A DNA stretch of 47,051 nucleotides, taken from assembly GCA_964035545.1 (NCBI GenBank), contig CAXIUT010000271.1, positions 1 through 47,051 on the forward strand, written 5' to 3'. Positions within the stretch are counted from its first letter, which is position 1. Every line of letters begins with the position of its first letter. A program made the position numbers and the translations under genes. Below the pieces are notes generated by a model. That model was given only the letters and a program-made list of their open reading frames with translations. It was not told the origin of the DNA and did not search any database. This document shows, piece by piece, positions 11,677 through 24,353 of this stretch. Origin of the DNA: Bugula neritina. Lineage: Eukaryota > Animalia > Bryozoa.

Positions 11677-14600
11677 ATGAACAATATCAACTTACTTCAG
11701 CACTTCCTACAACTACAGCAACAGGAAGATATGCTTCACAATCCAAAATTGATCCATCAGTTTCCCATTGACCAACAAATCGACTTCTAAAACTGCCTCA
11801 AATACCCAACATCGAAACAGTTGAAAGCAGTGATTGATACCAAAAAGTAAAAGATAAATTTTAGTCCTTTACTCTTTCAAGGCTATTAATAGCTACTAGC
11901 GATGTGTGTCTGTGAGTAATAAAAATCAGTTTGTGCTAAAATCATCACAGCTAAAGATACAGGTATGTTATATATGATGTAGTTGTCGAGTGTTTTGATT
12001 GTCAGGAAGACCCGACTTGTATTATTTGCATGGAATGCTTTAAAAATGGAAATCATAAAGGTCACCGAGTTAGATTTTCATCAGCTGGTGAAGGATGTTG
12101 TGATTGTGGGGACATTGAAGCATGGAAAGAGTAAGGGTTCTGTTCAAAACATACAGGTAAAGCAACAGAGGTAGATCTATCGGAGTAATAAAAAATGAAA
12201 AGTAAAGACATGCTCTCTGAAATATATTTTTTCTATACTTGGTTTAAACTTACAGGAAATAAAAGTGTTAATGAATACTTCAAGGCTTTTATCAAATTTC
12301 TTTAAGAAATGATCAAACAAGGAATAAAAGGAATCAAAATTATTTCTATATTTCTTGAACAACCTCTTTCAAAAGGACTTAGTCTATGTAGTAAATTGAT
12401 AAATCCTATTATTAATCAGTTAATGAACTTGGATTTTGTGTCTAGAAACGAATTCAAAGAATGGTAACATCTGTTTATCAAGTTGTTTCCTTATTACCCC
12501 TTTAAACAACTCCTAATGTCTTCTTACATTAAAAATTATTCCAATGTATACTCATCAATGAAATCTGATGCAATGTCAATAGCTTGCCAAATCATGACTT
12601 CATACAAACTAGTTGAAGACTATGCTAATTCACCTCAAGCAACACCAATAACTATACAAGAAAGTGCTAACATCGATCAGGTGTATCATCTTACTCGAAT
12701 GCTGACCTATGATTTGAAGAATATCAATCGATTACATGGAGATGCTACTTCTACATATTGGAAAATGTTGATCAATCAAGGGATAGAGAAGATATTTGGA
12801 TTCTACTAATCTCTTAAAGCATAGACTAGAAAATAGAAATAAGCAGCAATTGTGCAAGAAAATAAGCGAAAAAATAAAAAGAAAGTATTGAAAAAGAAAA
12901 AGATAGAAATTGAAACATTCGGTAGTGTAGATGCAAATTATCTGTATTATTAAAATATAGATTAAAACTAACCTGAAGACGATACCTCTTTTGATCTGAT
13001 GAACTTCTTGTTAAGATAAAACAAAAAAATATAAGTCGAATTCTCTCTTCTTGAAGAAGTACTTTAGATATTACCCATCATAAATTAAGAACTTTTGCTA
13101 ACTTTGATCAAGTCACTATTTGCTTTGATTATCAAGTAGATCAAAAAATAAGATGATTTGATTATCTTTAGGCCATATGAAAGACTTCTTGGCTTAGTTC
13201 TTTTCTTCTATGCCAAACAAACTCCATATTTGTTGTCAAATCCATAATAAGTAAAATAGACAATTCGTGATGCAGTTAAACTCAATTAATAATAATGGTA
13301 ATACTATCTCGTCAAAATACAATAGAGAATGATGTAGACTTTAGGTTTCTTTTCTCATATACAATCATGTGAAACTTATGGATATCAAACCAGTTTTTAT
13401 ACTTATATTGTCTTGTACTCATCAAAATATAGTCTGTTAGGACATAGTGATGTACTATTGTTGAAAGAGTTGATGCTTTTAGGAAATAAGTAGCTTTAAA
13501 TTGATTTTGGTAAAATAAGTAAAATAGAAAGGTTAGAACCATCTAATAGTTGGAATCTTAGAGCAATAGAGAGCTTAGTAGCAGATATAGGACTACTATA
13601 TATTGGAAATTTACCAGAAATATATGTATCTTATTATTCTTAAAGATATGCTGAACCACCTCAATGGATCCAACACTAAACCAGAAGATTATTCAATAAA
13701 TTCATAACTGCAGAAGAAAGTTCAGTCACTTTATAAAGAGTTGCTTAATTTGCTTCTGGATTTATATTAAGATAGTCAGATGATAAAGAAAATATAAAGA
13801 GTTATTTGAAAGAATTATGTCACTTCAACAAATAGAAAAGAATATTTTAGCTATTACCAAATAATACTGATAAAGAGTCTATTAATTTTCAAGATTTTGC
13901 ATGTAGAGCTAAAGTATAAAACAAAACAAAATAAATACTACCACCTTAAAACACATTACAATTTATTGATAAAGCTAATAAAATCATTCTTATAAAGTTA
14001 TGGAACCAAAAAAATATCTAATCTCTTTGCAATATTCTATTGTAAATTCATGACTAAGTCTAAAAATCTAAAATTTATGAACAATTTCTATCATATATTT
14101 CTATTCCTTGTAAACTTTAGTATCTTTTGAGATAAATATAAGTAAATTCAGATGTTTATGCAAAACTGACTGAATTACTATTCACTTTTTAGGTTTCTGG
14201 AGATGTAAGGAAAGGTTTAGGAGGGCTAGCTAAGAGCTTATCACCTATTCTACAAGACAGTCAGAGTTCTAATTAAGACCTTAAAGAACAAAAATAAGAA
14301 ATGAAAAGAAAAAAGATGAAGAAATTATAATAATTAAAGAAGAAAAGATAAAATAACATGTAAAAGATAAAAGAAGTTCATGAGATTGAAGCAATGCAGG
14401 AGTAAGGTGGATCAGATGAGTGTGTTATTTGTCGTAAAAGTGGAGATAACCTTGTTTGGGTATCAAAAATGGTGATAAGAAATTTCTAAAAGATTATGGG
14501 TTTTGGTAAAGGTGTCCTTGGTCTTTCATTTACAAGTTGCTACCATTCTTTCCATTAATAATGCATCATGAAAAATGCAATTAAAAGAAGTACTCATGGC

Positions 14601-15773
14601 TTTCTTTTCAGATGTCCAGTATGTCGGGCAATTGGTAGTGTATATTTTAACTTAAAGACAGAGTAGGTTACATAAAAATGTTTTTAAAGAATACTTCATG
14701 TAGCTATGACAATGAGATAATATGCTTCTTTTGATATCTATGAAGAACTGTTCAAATGTTTTTATAATTATGTTCTTTTAGGATATTTGTAACCCGAATA
14801 TACCAGACAGAAAAGACTGAAATTATACCAGCAGATAGTTAATTTATTATGTCAGAATAAACTACTTCCTGATATATAAAATATAATGAAAAAGAATGAA
14901 GAGAATCAGATCAACTTGAGACCGAAATCGATACCAAACAAAAATAAAGTGAACTTAAAGGAGGTATAGGTTGGATAGGAGGATTATGGAAGTGACTATC
15001 TGGAGCTAGATTCTGATGAGGAAGATGATTTGGAAAGATTATATGACTATTAGCGAGAAAAGAGAAGATAAAAATAAGAGTATGAAAGAAAGAAGAAGTA
15101 ATAAGCCAGGAGGAAGAGATAACAAATGAAATAATAAAAAGAATTGAAAAAGAAATAAAATAAGAATATGCCAACTCCTATTTTTTACTATACTGTCAAA
15201 AGAATAGCTCAATATATCTTGAAAAAAATAAAAAAGAATACCAATAGTATGATATCTGAAGAGCAGTAGCTAAAGTAAAAAAATTAACTGATTCCAGTTG
15301 TAAATGAACATTCTTCATGGATTCCTGAGTCTTGGCTAGTTACTCTTGTCGACTAACTTCTAAACTAACAAACTCAACCTACTTTTGATTGGATTCCACC
15401 AAACCTAATTCTAATTATCGACCTTCCTCAACAATACTACTGGGATATGAGCGAGAGTGCTTGTGATTAATGTAAATAGGTATGTAGTGATATGATGATT
15501 TGTATGCTATGCAAGTGGAAAGGTTGTCTGAATAACTGCAAGCGATAGGGCATCAAGAGACATAACAAGAAGTAACATGGATAGAATGGTGCTTTCTTTA
15601 GGTTGAGAGATGCAGTTGCTTATTTGATAGGTCCGAGTTAGTTGTCGAAAATCGGATGTTTGTATACTAACTAATGGGGATAAGAATTCAAACAATCTCA
15701 CAACTGGAATGAGTACTTGCTACAAAAAGATGTGAAAGATAAGGTGGTAAAAATGTTGATAAAGAATGAGTGA
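11677..15773 (+). CDS. UBR1/2/3-type N-recognin E3 ubiquitin ligase
   Basis: UBR box CFDCQEDPTCIICMECFKNGNHKGH...GCCDCGDIEAWKEEGFCSKH (20-nt intron 11963-11982); RING-H2 CVICR...SCYHSFHEEC...FRCPVCR; C-terminal LIDLP...CMLC...CLYTNEWG. Confidence 0.9.
11963..11982 (+). other. 20-nt spliceosomal intron
   Basis: GTATGTTATATATGATGTAG; removal restores the UBR-box frame. Confidence 0.9.
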
Positions 15774-16248
15774 TTATTGATTTATCAGAAATTAATCTAT
15801 CAAACAATATTGTGTTATCAAGATTTTTTTCTTATTAAAATGTTTAAATAACCAAGTTGATTTTTAGAAGAGTTGATCTCGAACTTTTAAAGTTTCAAGA
15901 CCTGAATCATCATTTAGTCTATTTTTGATATTAGATTCTCAGCTATTATTAACTTTGAATCAAACAATTTTTAATGACTCATGACATCAATCTATTACTA
16001 ACGAACTTTTTTATCACTTAAAGCTGTTAATGGATCTTATTTAAGCTTTTAGATTTTATTAAATAGATAAAACAGAATTGCTCAGAAATATATTAAATAT
16101 AAAAAATTATCAATAAGAGAAGATATGCAAATAAACTTGATTAATTTACAATTACTATTGAGAAAAAATCTATTTGGAATATTTTTAAAAATAGACTTAA
16201 TTTTACTATAAATATTATTAAAAGCCTCAATTTCATAATTAAAATTAG

Positions 16249-17052
16249 ATGAAGAAGACTACTCTTATTCAATTATTTATTCTGTTTCTCATAATTTCTC
16301 TAACTCAACAACAAGGTGGAGGTGGTGGAGGTGGTGGAGGCGGAGGCGGAGGTGGAGGTGGAGGCGGTGGTGGTGGAGGTGGGGGAGGTGGTTGTGCAGA
16401 AGATGATTAATAATGCAAATAAAGGGCTAGAGTTGCTGGAATTGTTCTTGGATCTATTTTCGGAGGAATTATTGTCATAGGTCTCCTTGTTTTTTTTATT
16501 CGTGAGGGTTGTAAATGCTATTAGCAATCTAAAATGCGAGAAAGATCAATAATATTATACAGATAGAAGTATTCTCAGAAATAATACAATTAGATCAGCG
16601 AAGAAGAGTTTTAGATGAACTTTTCTAACTTTTAGAATCTTCTTAAAGGAGTTTCTACAAAAGACAGCTCATTTACCTACAAACAAACATCCAATATAAG
16701 GGAAGTTTAAATCTCCTAAGTTTAAAGTACAAAAAGGAGTCCTGTTAATTATGATTTATCTATCAAAGGGTCTGATTATTTTGGTAGCTGGTGTGGAGAA
16801 GGCGGATACTTGATGACTTCAAATGGCTTAGTATTCTGGATGCTTAAAAATTACAATAATGCAGCAAAAGCTGGACAAACTGGAGCATGGCACACTCTAG
16901 TTTATGAGTCCACTTCTATTAGGGCTTAGGAAGTCAAAGGAAAATGGTTCTACTAAAGCTTCTAAACTTCTTATTCATACTCAGGAACATGGATTTTATC
17001 AAAAATATCAAAGAAAATCCTCGGAGAAACCAGTGAAAAATTAGAACAATGA
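16249..17052 (+). CDS. Type I membrane protein with a poly-Gly (G26) ectodomain
   Basis: MKKTTLIQLFILFLIISLTQQQ-G26-CAEDDEECKERAR, TM VAGIVLGSIFGGIIVIGLLVFFI, then a domain with aromatic/beta-rich character. Confidence 0.75.
16315..16392 (+). repeat. (GGN)26 coding repeat (poly-glycine)
   Basis: 26 consecutive Gly codons with variable third position. Confidence 0.9.
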
Positions 17053-17198
17053 TTCATACATTCTTATTTTTAAATACTATTTTATTAATTTTAAAAAATA
17101 AAAATAAAATAAAAATCACTTGATTAAAAAGAATTTATTCATATAAAAACCTTAAGTTCACATTTAATTAATTAAATAAGAATAATAAATATATTTTA

Positions 17199-18101
17199 TC
17201 ATTTAATATATTCAACTTCAATCATCTCATTATGACTTCTGACTTCTTCTTGAGAACATTCATAACCAAACACAAGGCCTTTTATCTTAGATATGAACTC
17301 AACATGAATTTCTTTCTTTGAATTCTGACTCTAGCACTCACAACTTTCACATTTACTTGGTATTTAAGACCCTTTCGCTATTACAAAGGGACTTGTACAG
17401 ACTGTATATCTCCAATAGCAATTATTGCAGTAGATCTTGATTCCTTTAATGCCTTTTCTTCTGCAGAAGGGACAAAAGTTGTTCTTTTTAAGCCATTGTC
17501 CAATGCAACCTGGGTGAAATTGATGTCGACAAAAAAGCTAGCAAGTTGGATTTTATTCCAAACAAATACTACAAACTACATCTTTGTTATTGAATTTGTT
17601 TTCTTTTAGAGCATTTTTGGACCATTTCAGTTGAGATATATGATGACTTAGCTATTTCTCTTCTTTCCACTAGACAGAAGTCAATTATGGCTTTATGCTT
17701 CTTACAGCTCTTTTTTCTTTGAAATAATCACAGATATTGCAGCCACAGACAAGTAGAAAGCATAAAAGGATCAAAGCCAAGCTACTACTAGCTATAGTTA
17801 TCACCAAAAGAGTTGTATTGCTTGAACTTTGTTTCACTCCACTGGCTTTACAAAGAAACAAAATTTCTAGACTAGCGTTTTAGTGATCTCGATAATGGTT
17901 GTTGCAACAAGTTTCAAGACAAAAGGTCCAGTTGTTGATTTGTTGGAGGGGAGTGGAACAATGTTAGAAAGTAAAGGAAGGGGCAAGAGTGTAGTAGAAG
18001 GTACATTGGGTGCTTTTGATATAAGTACTTTAGGTTTCTTGCTCATTGGCTTGCACTACGAGTAAAACCAGCATAAAGCAGATCAATTTTATTTTGTACA
18101 T
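17199..18101 (-). CDS. Signal peptide + TM + RING-H2 E3 ligase
   Basis: MYKIKLICFMLVLLVVQA; TM LLVITIASSSLALILLCFLLVC; CSICLEENPTCELFCRHQFHPGCIGQWLK..NFCPFCR (1-nt indel near 17487). Confidence 0.82.
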
Positions 18102-18167
18102 CTTTCCGTTTTATATTTCAATCTTAAAAATCTTATGTAAATGAAAATTACTATAACATATTCAAAA

Positions 18168-18524
18168 TCATTCCTAACCTTCCAATAATTCATTTAAATG
18201 CGATAGGTAGCAGCCAGAATCTTTCTATAGCTTCATTAGATATGTTTCTTACTACATCTTTAAAGCTTATAAACTGCCATTGAGAAGGTACATTTGGACA
18301 TCGACATCTTTGCTTTTTTGACTATCTCCTTCTTCTTTTCTGTTAATTGCTTTGAAAAGGGAGCTTTTTGTGAGTTTACTTCCACTGGTGAATTTTGATT
18401 TCTTTGAATGATTACTTTTGGCTGTATTGTTATGATATTTCTATTAAAGATAGGCTTCAATAAGTTCACTTTATGTTTCTTTTGGAACTACTGTGCAAAT
18501 GCTTTTTCTTTTATGCTGCTGCAT
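18168..18524 (-). CDS. Hypothetical 118-aa protein
   Basis: Uninterrupted ATG-to-TGA frame MQQHKRKSICTVVPKETESELIEAYLEEKY...LLEGEE. Confidence 0.5.
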
Positions 18525-18689
18525 ATTGAATTTATAATTATTGATACTATCAGAACTAATAAAATAAACAAAAGATAATTATCATATAGTAGATTATTTA
18601 GCTGCTTTATTTTATTGTAATTCCTGATCTATTATTCTTTTATTAAGTTCCATTTAAATTTAATTTTATCCTTAAGTGTGTACTGACTC

Positions 18690-19439
18690 ATGTCCTTTTT
18701 CAAATACTCCGTGTTTTTTCCAAAAGAATACCAAAGTCGATAAAGGCAGACCCCAATACCATATACATCTTACCCAACTATCACTTTGATAGTATTGAAG
18801 ACATTGCGCTAACTCAGTTGTTTAACTATGTATGAGATAGTGATATATTACAACAAAGAGGTTAATAAAAAAATCGAAAGATAGTTTGTATTGAAGAAGA
18901 TATTTTTTATAGATAGTTTATTCTTCTCTATCGTAAATAATTAAGAAGCAACAAGAAAAGATAGAGATAACTAAAAATATTAACCATATGCAGTTGATAA
19001 ACCACCACTATGATAAAGTACAATTCCACCCATTTAGAAGTGATAGAAAGGTTTGGCCTTACTAGAGAATAAAATCAAGACTCTTGAGGGAAGTTATCTT
19101 GATCATAATCCAAAAATAAACAAAAAAGACAAACAATTTGATCTCATTCTAGCCTGCAGTAAAAAACTTTTATGTCAAAAAAGTAAAGTCTTGAGAAAGA
19201 CGATTGAACAGATGAGTACATCGAGCTGTTTCTAACAGAACAAGATTGTGATATCCATAGAGAAGAAGATAAGCTAAAGGAGTAATCCAACTACCTATTA
19301 AGAGAGAGATTAGCATGAGAGAGGAGACTAGAAGGAGTATTAATTAGTGGTCATTAAGATACCATTGCTTATAGATGAGATAGATGATGAAAGGAAGGAT
19401 TATGATGCCTAATTTTTACATTTATAATATAGATTTTGA
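18690..19439 (+). CDS. Hypothetical protein
   Basis: Coding-like frames ending ...DERKDYDAEFLHLEYRF-TGA; start and exon structure uncertain. Confidence 0.35.
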
Positions 19440-19449
19440 TATTCATGAA

Positions 19450-20865
19450 GGCTCAATGATGATAATTTCATCAATACTATCAAGATAAGCTTATAATTTT
19501 TTCAAAAATTAATCACTATTAACCCAATCATGATCATAAAAAGGTTAAATTAACTCTTTATCAATTTTATTGATCATATAAAAGCTAATATTTATCCATT
19601 TAATCAATTAAACTGAATAACTTCATTGAAACCTGATAAAAAATACAATTCTTCACATTTTAGACATCTTTAAAATAAGTTTTAACTATTTTTAGCTTGA
19701 ATTTAAAAGGTTTTAAAAATAGTAGGCAATTACTTATATTTTATTTTCTTGATTTTAGTTCCAGAATTCTTCAATTATAATTTTAAAAAATCAAATAGAG
19801 CTTCTTTACTTTTTAAGATATTTTTATTTATCATCAATATGCTTTGAATAATTAGTTAATCTAATTTTTTTTGAAGAATTAACATTTGAAAAAGAAAAGC
19901 TTAAACTCACAGATAAAAACTTCGGTCCTCAGAAATTATTTGTTGATTTTTTCTATCATTAATTTTCTTTCTTATTAATATTTTGACGCTTCTTTAAAAA
20001 AGACAAATGTTTTGATAATTATTGATCATCTTCAAAACTTAAATTATTAATACGATAACTCTAAAGAACAGATAAAATTTAAATAAGCTCATTCGATCTT
20101 ATTAGAACTATTTTGGATAAAAATATATTGTAAATCACTTTAATCTTCAAATCAATTCAAAATTGCATTTGAAAGGGTTCGAATACTGGTCAAATTATGA
20201 GCCATTACTCCTCTTTTAGCTTTCTTTGAAGTCAAGAGGCTTGTTAGAACATTATCTTTAAGAAAAGAATCAAAAAGACACCTCAAAATGATTGACTCTT
20301 CTCTAAACTAATCTACATTAATAAATAGGTTTTTGATCATCGGTATCCTTATATATTTCTTAACATCGATATTGAGATTCTAAAACCAACTAATAAATCC
20401 TTCTAAGTTTAGTTGAAGTTGATGCTTTGAAATAACAGACTAAATAATTGAAGAATAATGAGTGATAATGATCTGAAGGCGTCTAAAAAACATTCTAAGG
20501 AGATTAGAGTTCGCATTTCTTCCCTCTTTTTGATCATAGACTTGCTGTTAAATTTTTCTCTTGTGATTTTTTGTTTTAATTGGTTTAATAGTTTTAAAAC
20601 ATTTTTTTTAAGTTGTTTGATTTTCCAAAACTTTCTCAATATTTTATTAAACGAAAGACATCTCTTCCTGATAATTTTCAACCTTGACTTCTTGTTATTC
20701 GAGTGGAAGGATTGATAAGTCGACTGAGTTTTCGATATTAAGTTTAAGTTTTTTATTTAGACATTGAGTGCAAGCAAAATAAGAGTTTTGAAATATTGAG
20801 TAATTATAGTCCGATATATTTGGAAGTCCATAAAAGATAGGATATTTGTAGCTAGGTTACGTCAT
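19450..20865 (-). CDS. Hypothetical protein(s)
   Basis: Minus-strand K/E-rich frames from ATG 20865; boundaries and continuity uncertain. Confidence 0.25.
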
Positions 20866-21587
20866 TTTTATTCAGAGTAGATGAGAATTGTTCTTAGGAG
20901 AACCGAAATTTTAATTATTATATTACAACTTAGCTTTTGTACTTAATAACACAAAAATGCTCTAAAGAGATTTTTTAAAAGGATGTCTCTTTAGAAATTA
21001 ATAACATCATATTTCCTTGATAATTTAACCCTTTTTATTGAACTTGAGTCATGAGAACATTTTTTAGGATTTTCTAGATTTTTATCTCTGAATAAAATGT
21101 TTTTCAACAAAGCGATTTTCTAAAATTTATAAACTTCAGTGTTAAAAAAAGAAGTTTTGATACCTAAGAGTGATTTTATATTAGATTTTATCAAAGTAAT
21201 TTAAGTTAATAAACTCTAATTGATCAAAACAAAGCTGATCAAAGATACTTATACTTTAACAAGGAATATTATGAGTTTAACTTTCCCGAATATATAAGAA
21301 AAAATAATTCTATTTTATTGAAGTTGTGAGGTGAGATTTTAATCAAATATTCAAAAAAAAAATTGAAAAACTTTAAACAATAAATGCTTCTAAAGATAAA
21401 ATAGGTCGAAAAACTCAAATATTAGAAATATTTAGCAACAAGTTAATATTTTAAACAATTTATTGATCATTGATTCAAGTTTCATTATTATATATCAATT
21501 TAATTCTAAACTTATCAATTAATTGAAAAGTTGGTCAATAATAACTCACTGATAATTAAAAATAGTCAAATTTTAAATTTTATTTCA

Positions 21588-22563
21588 TCATAATTCTTAA
21601 TGTTTTAAATTATTAAATGAATTATCATTCCATGAAGTTTAATTAAATATGAGAGTCAAATTCTGATACATTTCTGACTGTGTCTGATGATAAAGAGATA
21701 TCAGAGGCGTCTTTTGAGTTTTCAATCTTTTTCAATGCCTTTTAGGTCAGTTTAGGCATATAAACTAAATAGTTTTTAGTCTCCAGGTACTCGTTTTTAT
21801 GAGATATCTTATCTTCTTTTAAGGCACAAATTGAATATTTATTTTTCATAAACCATCTATAAAAGCCTAAAAAGGCTTTTTTATAGAGTTTTTCTTCCTC
21901 ATTTCCAACCTAGTAATCAAACATCTAGTATAGATCGCTCAAACCAATTGTGAGAGGAAGCTTTTTCTTAAAATAAGCTTTTGCTTCTTATGAATCAGCT
22001 ATCTTGAGACGCTTATGAATATTTTAGACCTTTTTAGCATGAGATGTAGAGATGTAGGCCTTGATAGCAAATTTAGCTGAATTTCCACTCACATTTCTTC
22101 TTTAATTTCCCTTGTTAGTTTTTTTCTTCTTTTAAATATCTTCCTTTTTTAATTTAATTTGTGGACTTTTTGAAGATTCAATTTCTTATTTAGAATCTAT
22201 TTTGAGACTTTTCATAGATTAGACTACCTCACTGGGTATAGTGTGATCAAGAATATGTGGATAAAAGTCGTCTGAATCTTCTTTAGGAGATCGGTTGAGA
22301 GGAAACTATTCCTGAGGATGCTTGATCTAGCAGCATAGAGAATTAAAAAACTTCTAGAATTGTGGTATTTGCTGAGGCTAATGAGCCTAAATACCTTCTT
22401 TAAGTAAATCATAATCTTCAATGTTGTTGTTCTAGACATTATCTTCCTTAAAAAGGTTTTATTCTTAGCTTACTTAGGGAGATTTAAGATCAGGAAAAGG
22501 TATTTTTGATCCATCCTTGTAGATAGAGGGCTCTTAGAAGTAGTTGGTGGCTTAATCAATCAT
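21588..22563 (-). CDS. Hypothetical protein: acidic N-terminus and basic helical C-terminal domain
   Basis: Long frame MIDEATNYFEEPS...KGNERRNVSGNSAKFAIKAY...KKAFLGFYRWFMKNKYSICALKEDKISHKNEYLETKNYL. Confidence 0.6.
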
Positions 22564-22921
22564 CAATTAGAAAAAATATTATAACAATTCTCGGCTCCTA
22601 AGAGCATAGACAAAGAATTTCTTCATCTATTACTCTTGTGTTAGATGGAAATTGAATAAAATATACTTCTTTGATTGTTTAATTGAAAATTAAGAAAAAT
22701 TTATTTGCTATTTTGTGAGTTAATATTGACAAATAGCTTTATTATTTATTCTTAAAGTAGGAGTAGATCTATTGTTGAAGATCTAGACAATTTTGACCTC
22801 TTATAAGAAAAATATAGATTTTGGCATATTTTTAAAGTCCATAGTTTACAAATTTATGATAGTCTATAAATAATAACTTCAAAAAATTAGATGTGAATAA
22901 TTTTGCCTTATCAAATACTTT

Positions 22922-23790
22922 TCATTTGAAAATCGAATAAATATATTCATCATTAGCCACAAAAATATATTTTATTGATTCAAACTGTTTAATAGAAGAA
23001 GATGAATATAATTATTCCATTTTCTATGATCGAATCCTGTGTCTAGAACTCAAATATAAAACTAAATAGCCATCCAAATATATCAATATAAGACAATAAT
23101 TACTGTTTTGTTAGTCGCAGCTATCGATAGCGTCTCTAGTCATAATGCCGTATCTGTCTTCAATCATAAAAATAGGGAAATTCTTAATTTGTAACCCCAT
23201 GTAACTGCACAGGAAGTGTCAAATATATCCATAAAAATTGTTTCAAATCATGGATATAGAAAAAATGTGATAACTCAAAAGCAAAAGCACTTATTTTTAG
23301 CGATGAAGGGATAGAATGTGAACTTTGCAAGTAAAAATATGAGTATACCTTTGAAATAGAGTAGAAATGTGGCTCTTATGATTACTTTAGAAAATAAATT
23401 CGATTACATAAGGGTTACCTTATATCGTTTATTCTTTTATTTGTGATAGCCATCTGCTTGGTATCAGTTATTGGTTATTTAATCATAATTGATAGGAAAA
23501 AAGAGGATTTTAGTTACTAAAAACCAAGATATTTGCTGGTTTACATCGGTTAGCTTATTGCTCTAGGAATGACAATTTTTGTTGTTTATGAATTTGTTAA
23601 ATTTTTTGCTATGTAAACAGTATATACAGTAAATCCATAGAATAAAAAGAGAAATGAAGATCAAATCAAAGTGAAATAAACTGGACAAATGATAAATGTA
23701 TATGAAACTGGAGCTACCACTATGGCAATCAAAGTAACTCCAACAATCCAAAATAAACCTGGAATTACTAACCATGATAGATTTTCATGA
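22922..23790 (-). CDS. Possible Bax inhibitor-1/TMBIM-like multi-pass membrane protein
   Basis: Hydrophobic segments and C-terminal pieces MIEDRYGIMTRDAID and LSYIDIFG resembling the TMBIM C-terminal motif; frameshifted; start uncertain. Confidence 0.35.
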
Positions 23791-24353
23791 TTTATTTTTT
23801 ATATTTGGTTGATACTAACTTATATCGATAATTAAATTGTTACTCGATCATTTGTCATTAATATCTTAGAAAAACAAGTTGACTCCTATTTTAATATTAT
23901 CTGATTTTTTGATAATACAGATTATATGGGTTTGATTTGTAGTATTTTTTTGATTTTATTTATCTGAATAAAATCTTTGTGACTCAATTGATTGTCAATA
24001 TCATGGTGGATAAGTTCATTTAAAACTTTTCATTTAGTGAACTTCTATTAGTTATTGTGTTGTATTTATCTGCCATTCATCTGATTTGATTTTTTTTCTA
24101 ATATTTGAGGTAAAACCCTCTTTTTTATGATCAATATTTGATTGATAGTTAGTGTATCTGGAGTCAAACAGTAGAAATTCAAGAGTATTTAAGAGGGTTA
24201 TATGGGAGGAGAGAAGTCAAAGTTTGTATTTGGATCTCTTTATTTGGAGGCAAGTTACTTTTTCATTAGTTATATCTTTTTATAATATTGATAAAATTAA
24301 TTTAGATATTGTTAATATTATAAGATTATTAATAAAATAGATTTGAGATACAA

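Noticed and set aside
16315-16392. G-rich run as a degenerate telomere or DNA element
   Set aside because: GGN periodicity with a variable third base, in frame between a signal peptide and a TM segment, indicates poly-Gly coding.
18684-18690. TGACTCA/TGAGTCA (AP-1-like) motifs near start codons, also near 38264 and 15975
   Set aside because: Also occurs inside CDSs, and there are too few instances to show enrichment.
20170-20195. GGTTCGAAT as a tRNA T-loop (possible suppressor tRNA-Glu)
   Set aside because: No cloverleaf stems in the flanks; I found no tRNA or rRNA gene in the window.
20881-21475. Possible plus-strand gene
   Set aside because: TGA-free stretches exist but frame, start and homology could not be resolved; long open frames are expected with a single stop codon.
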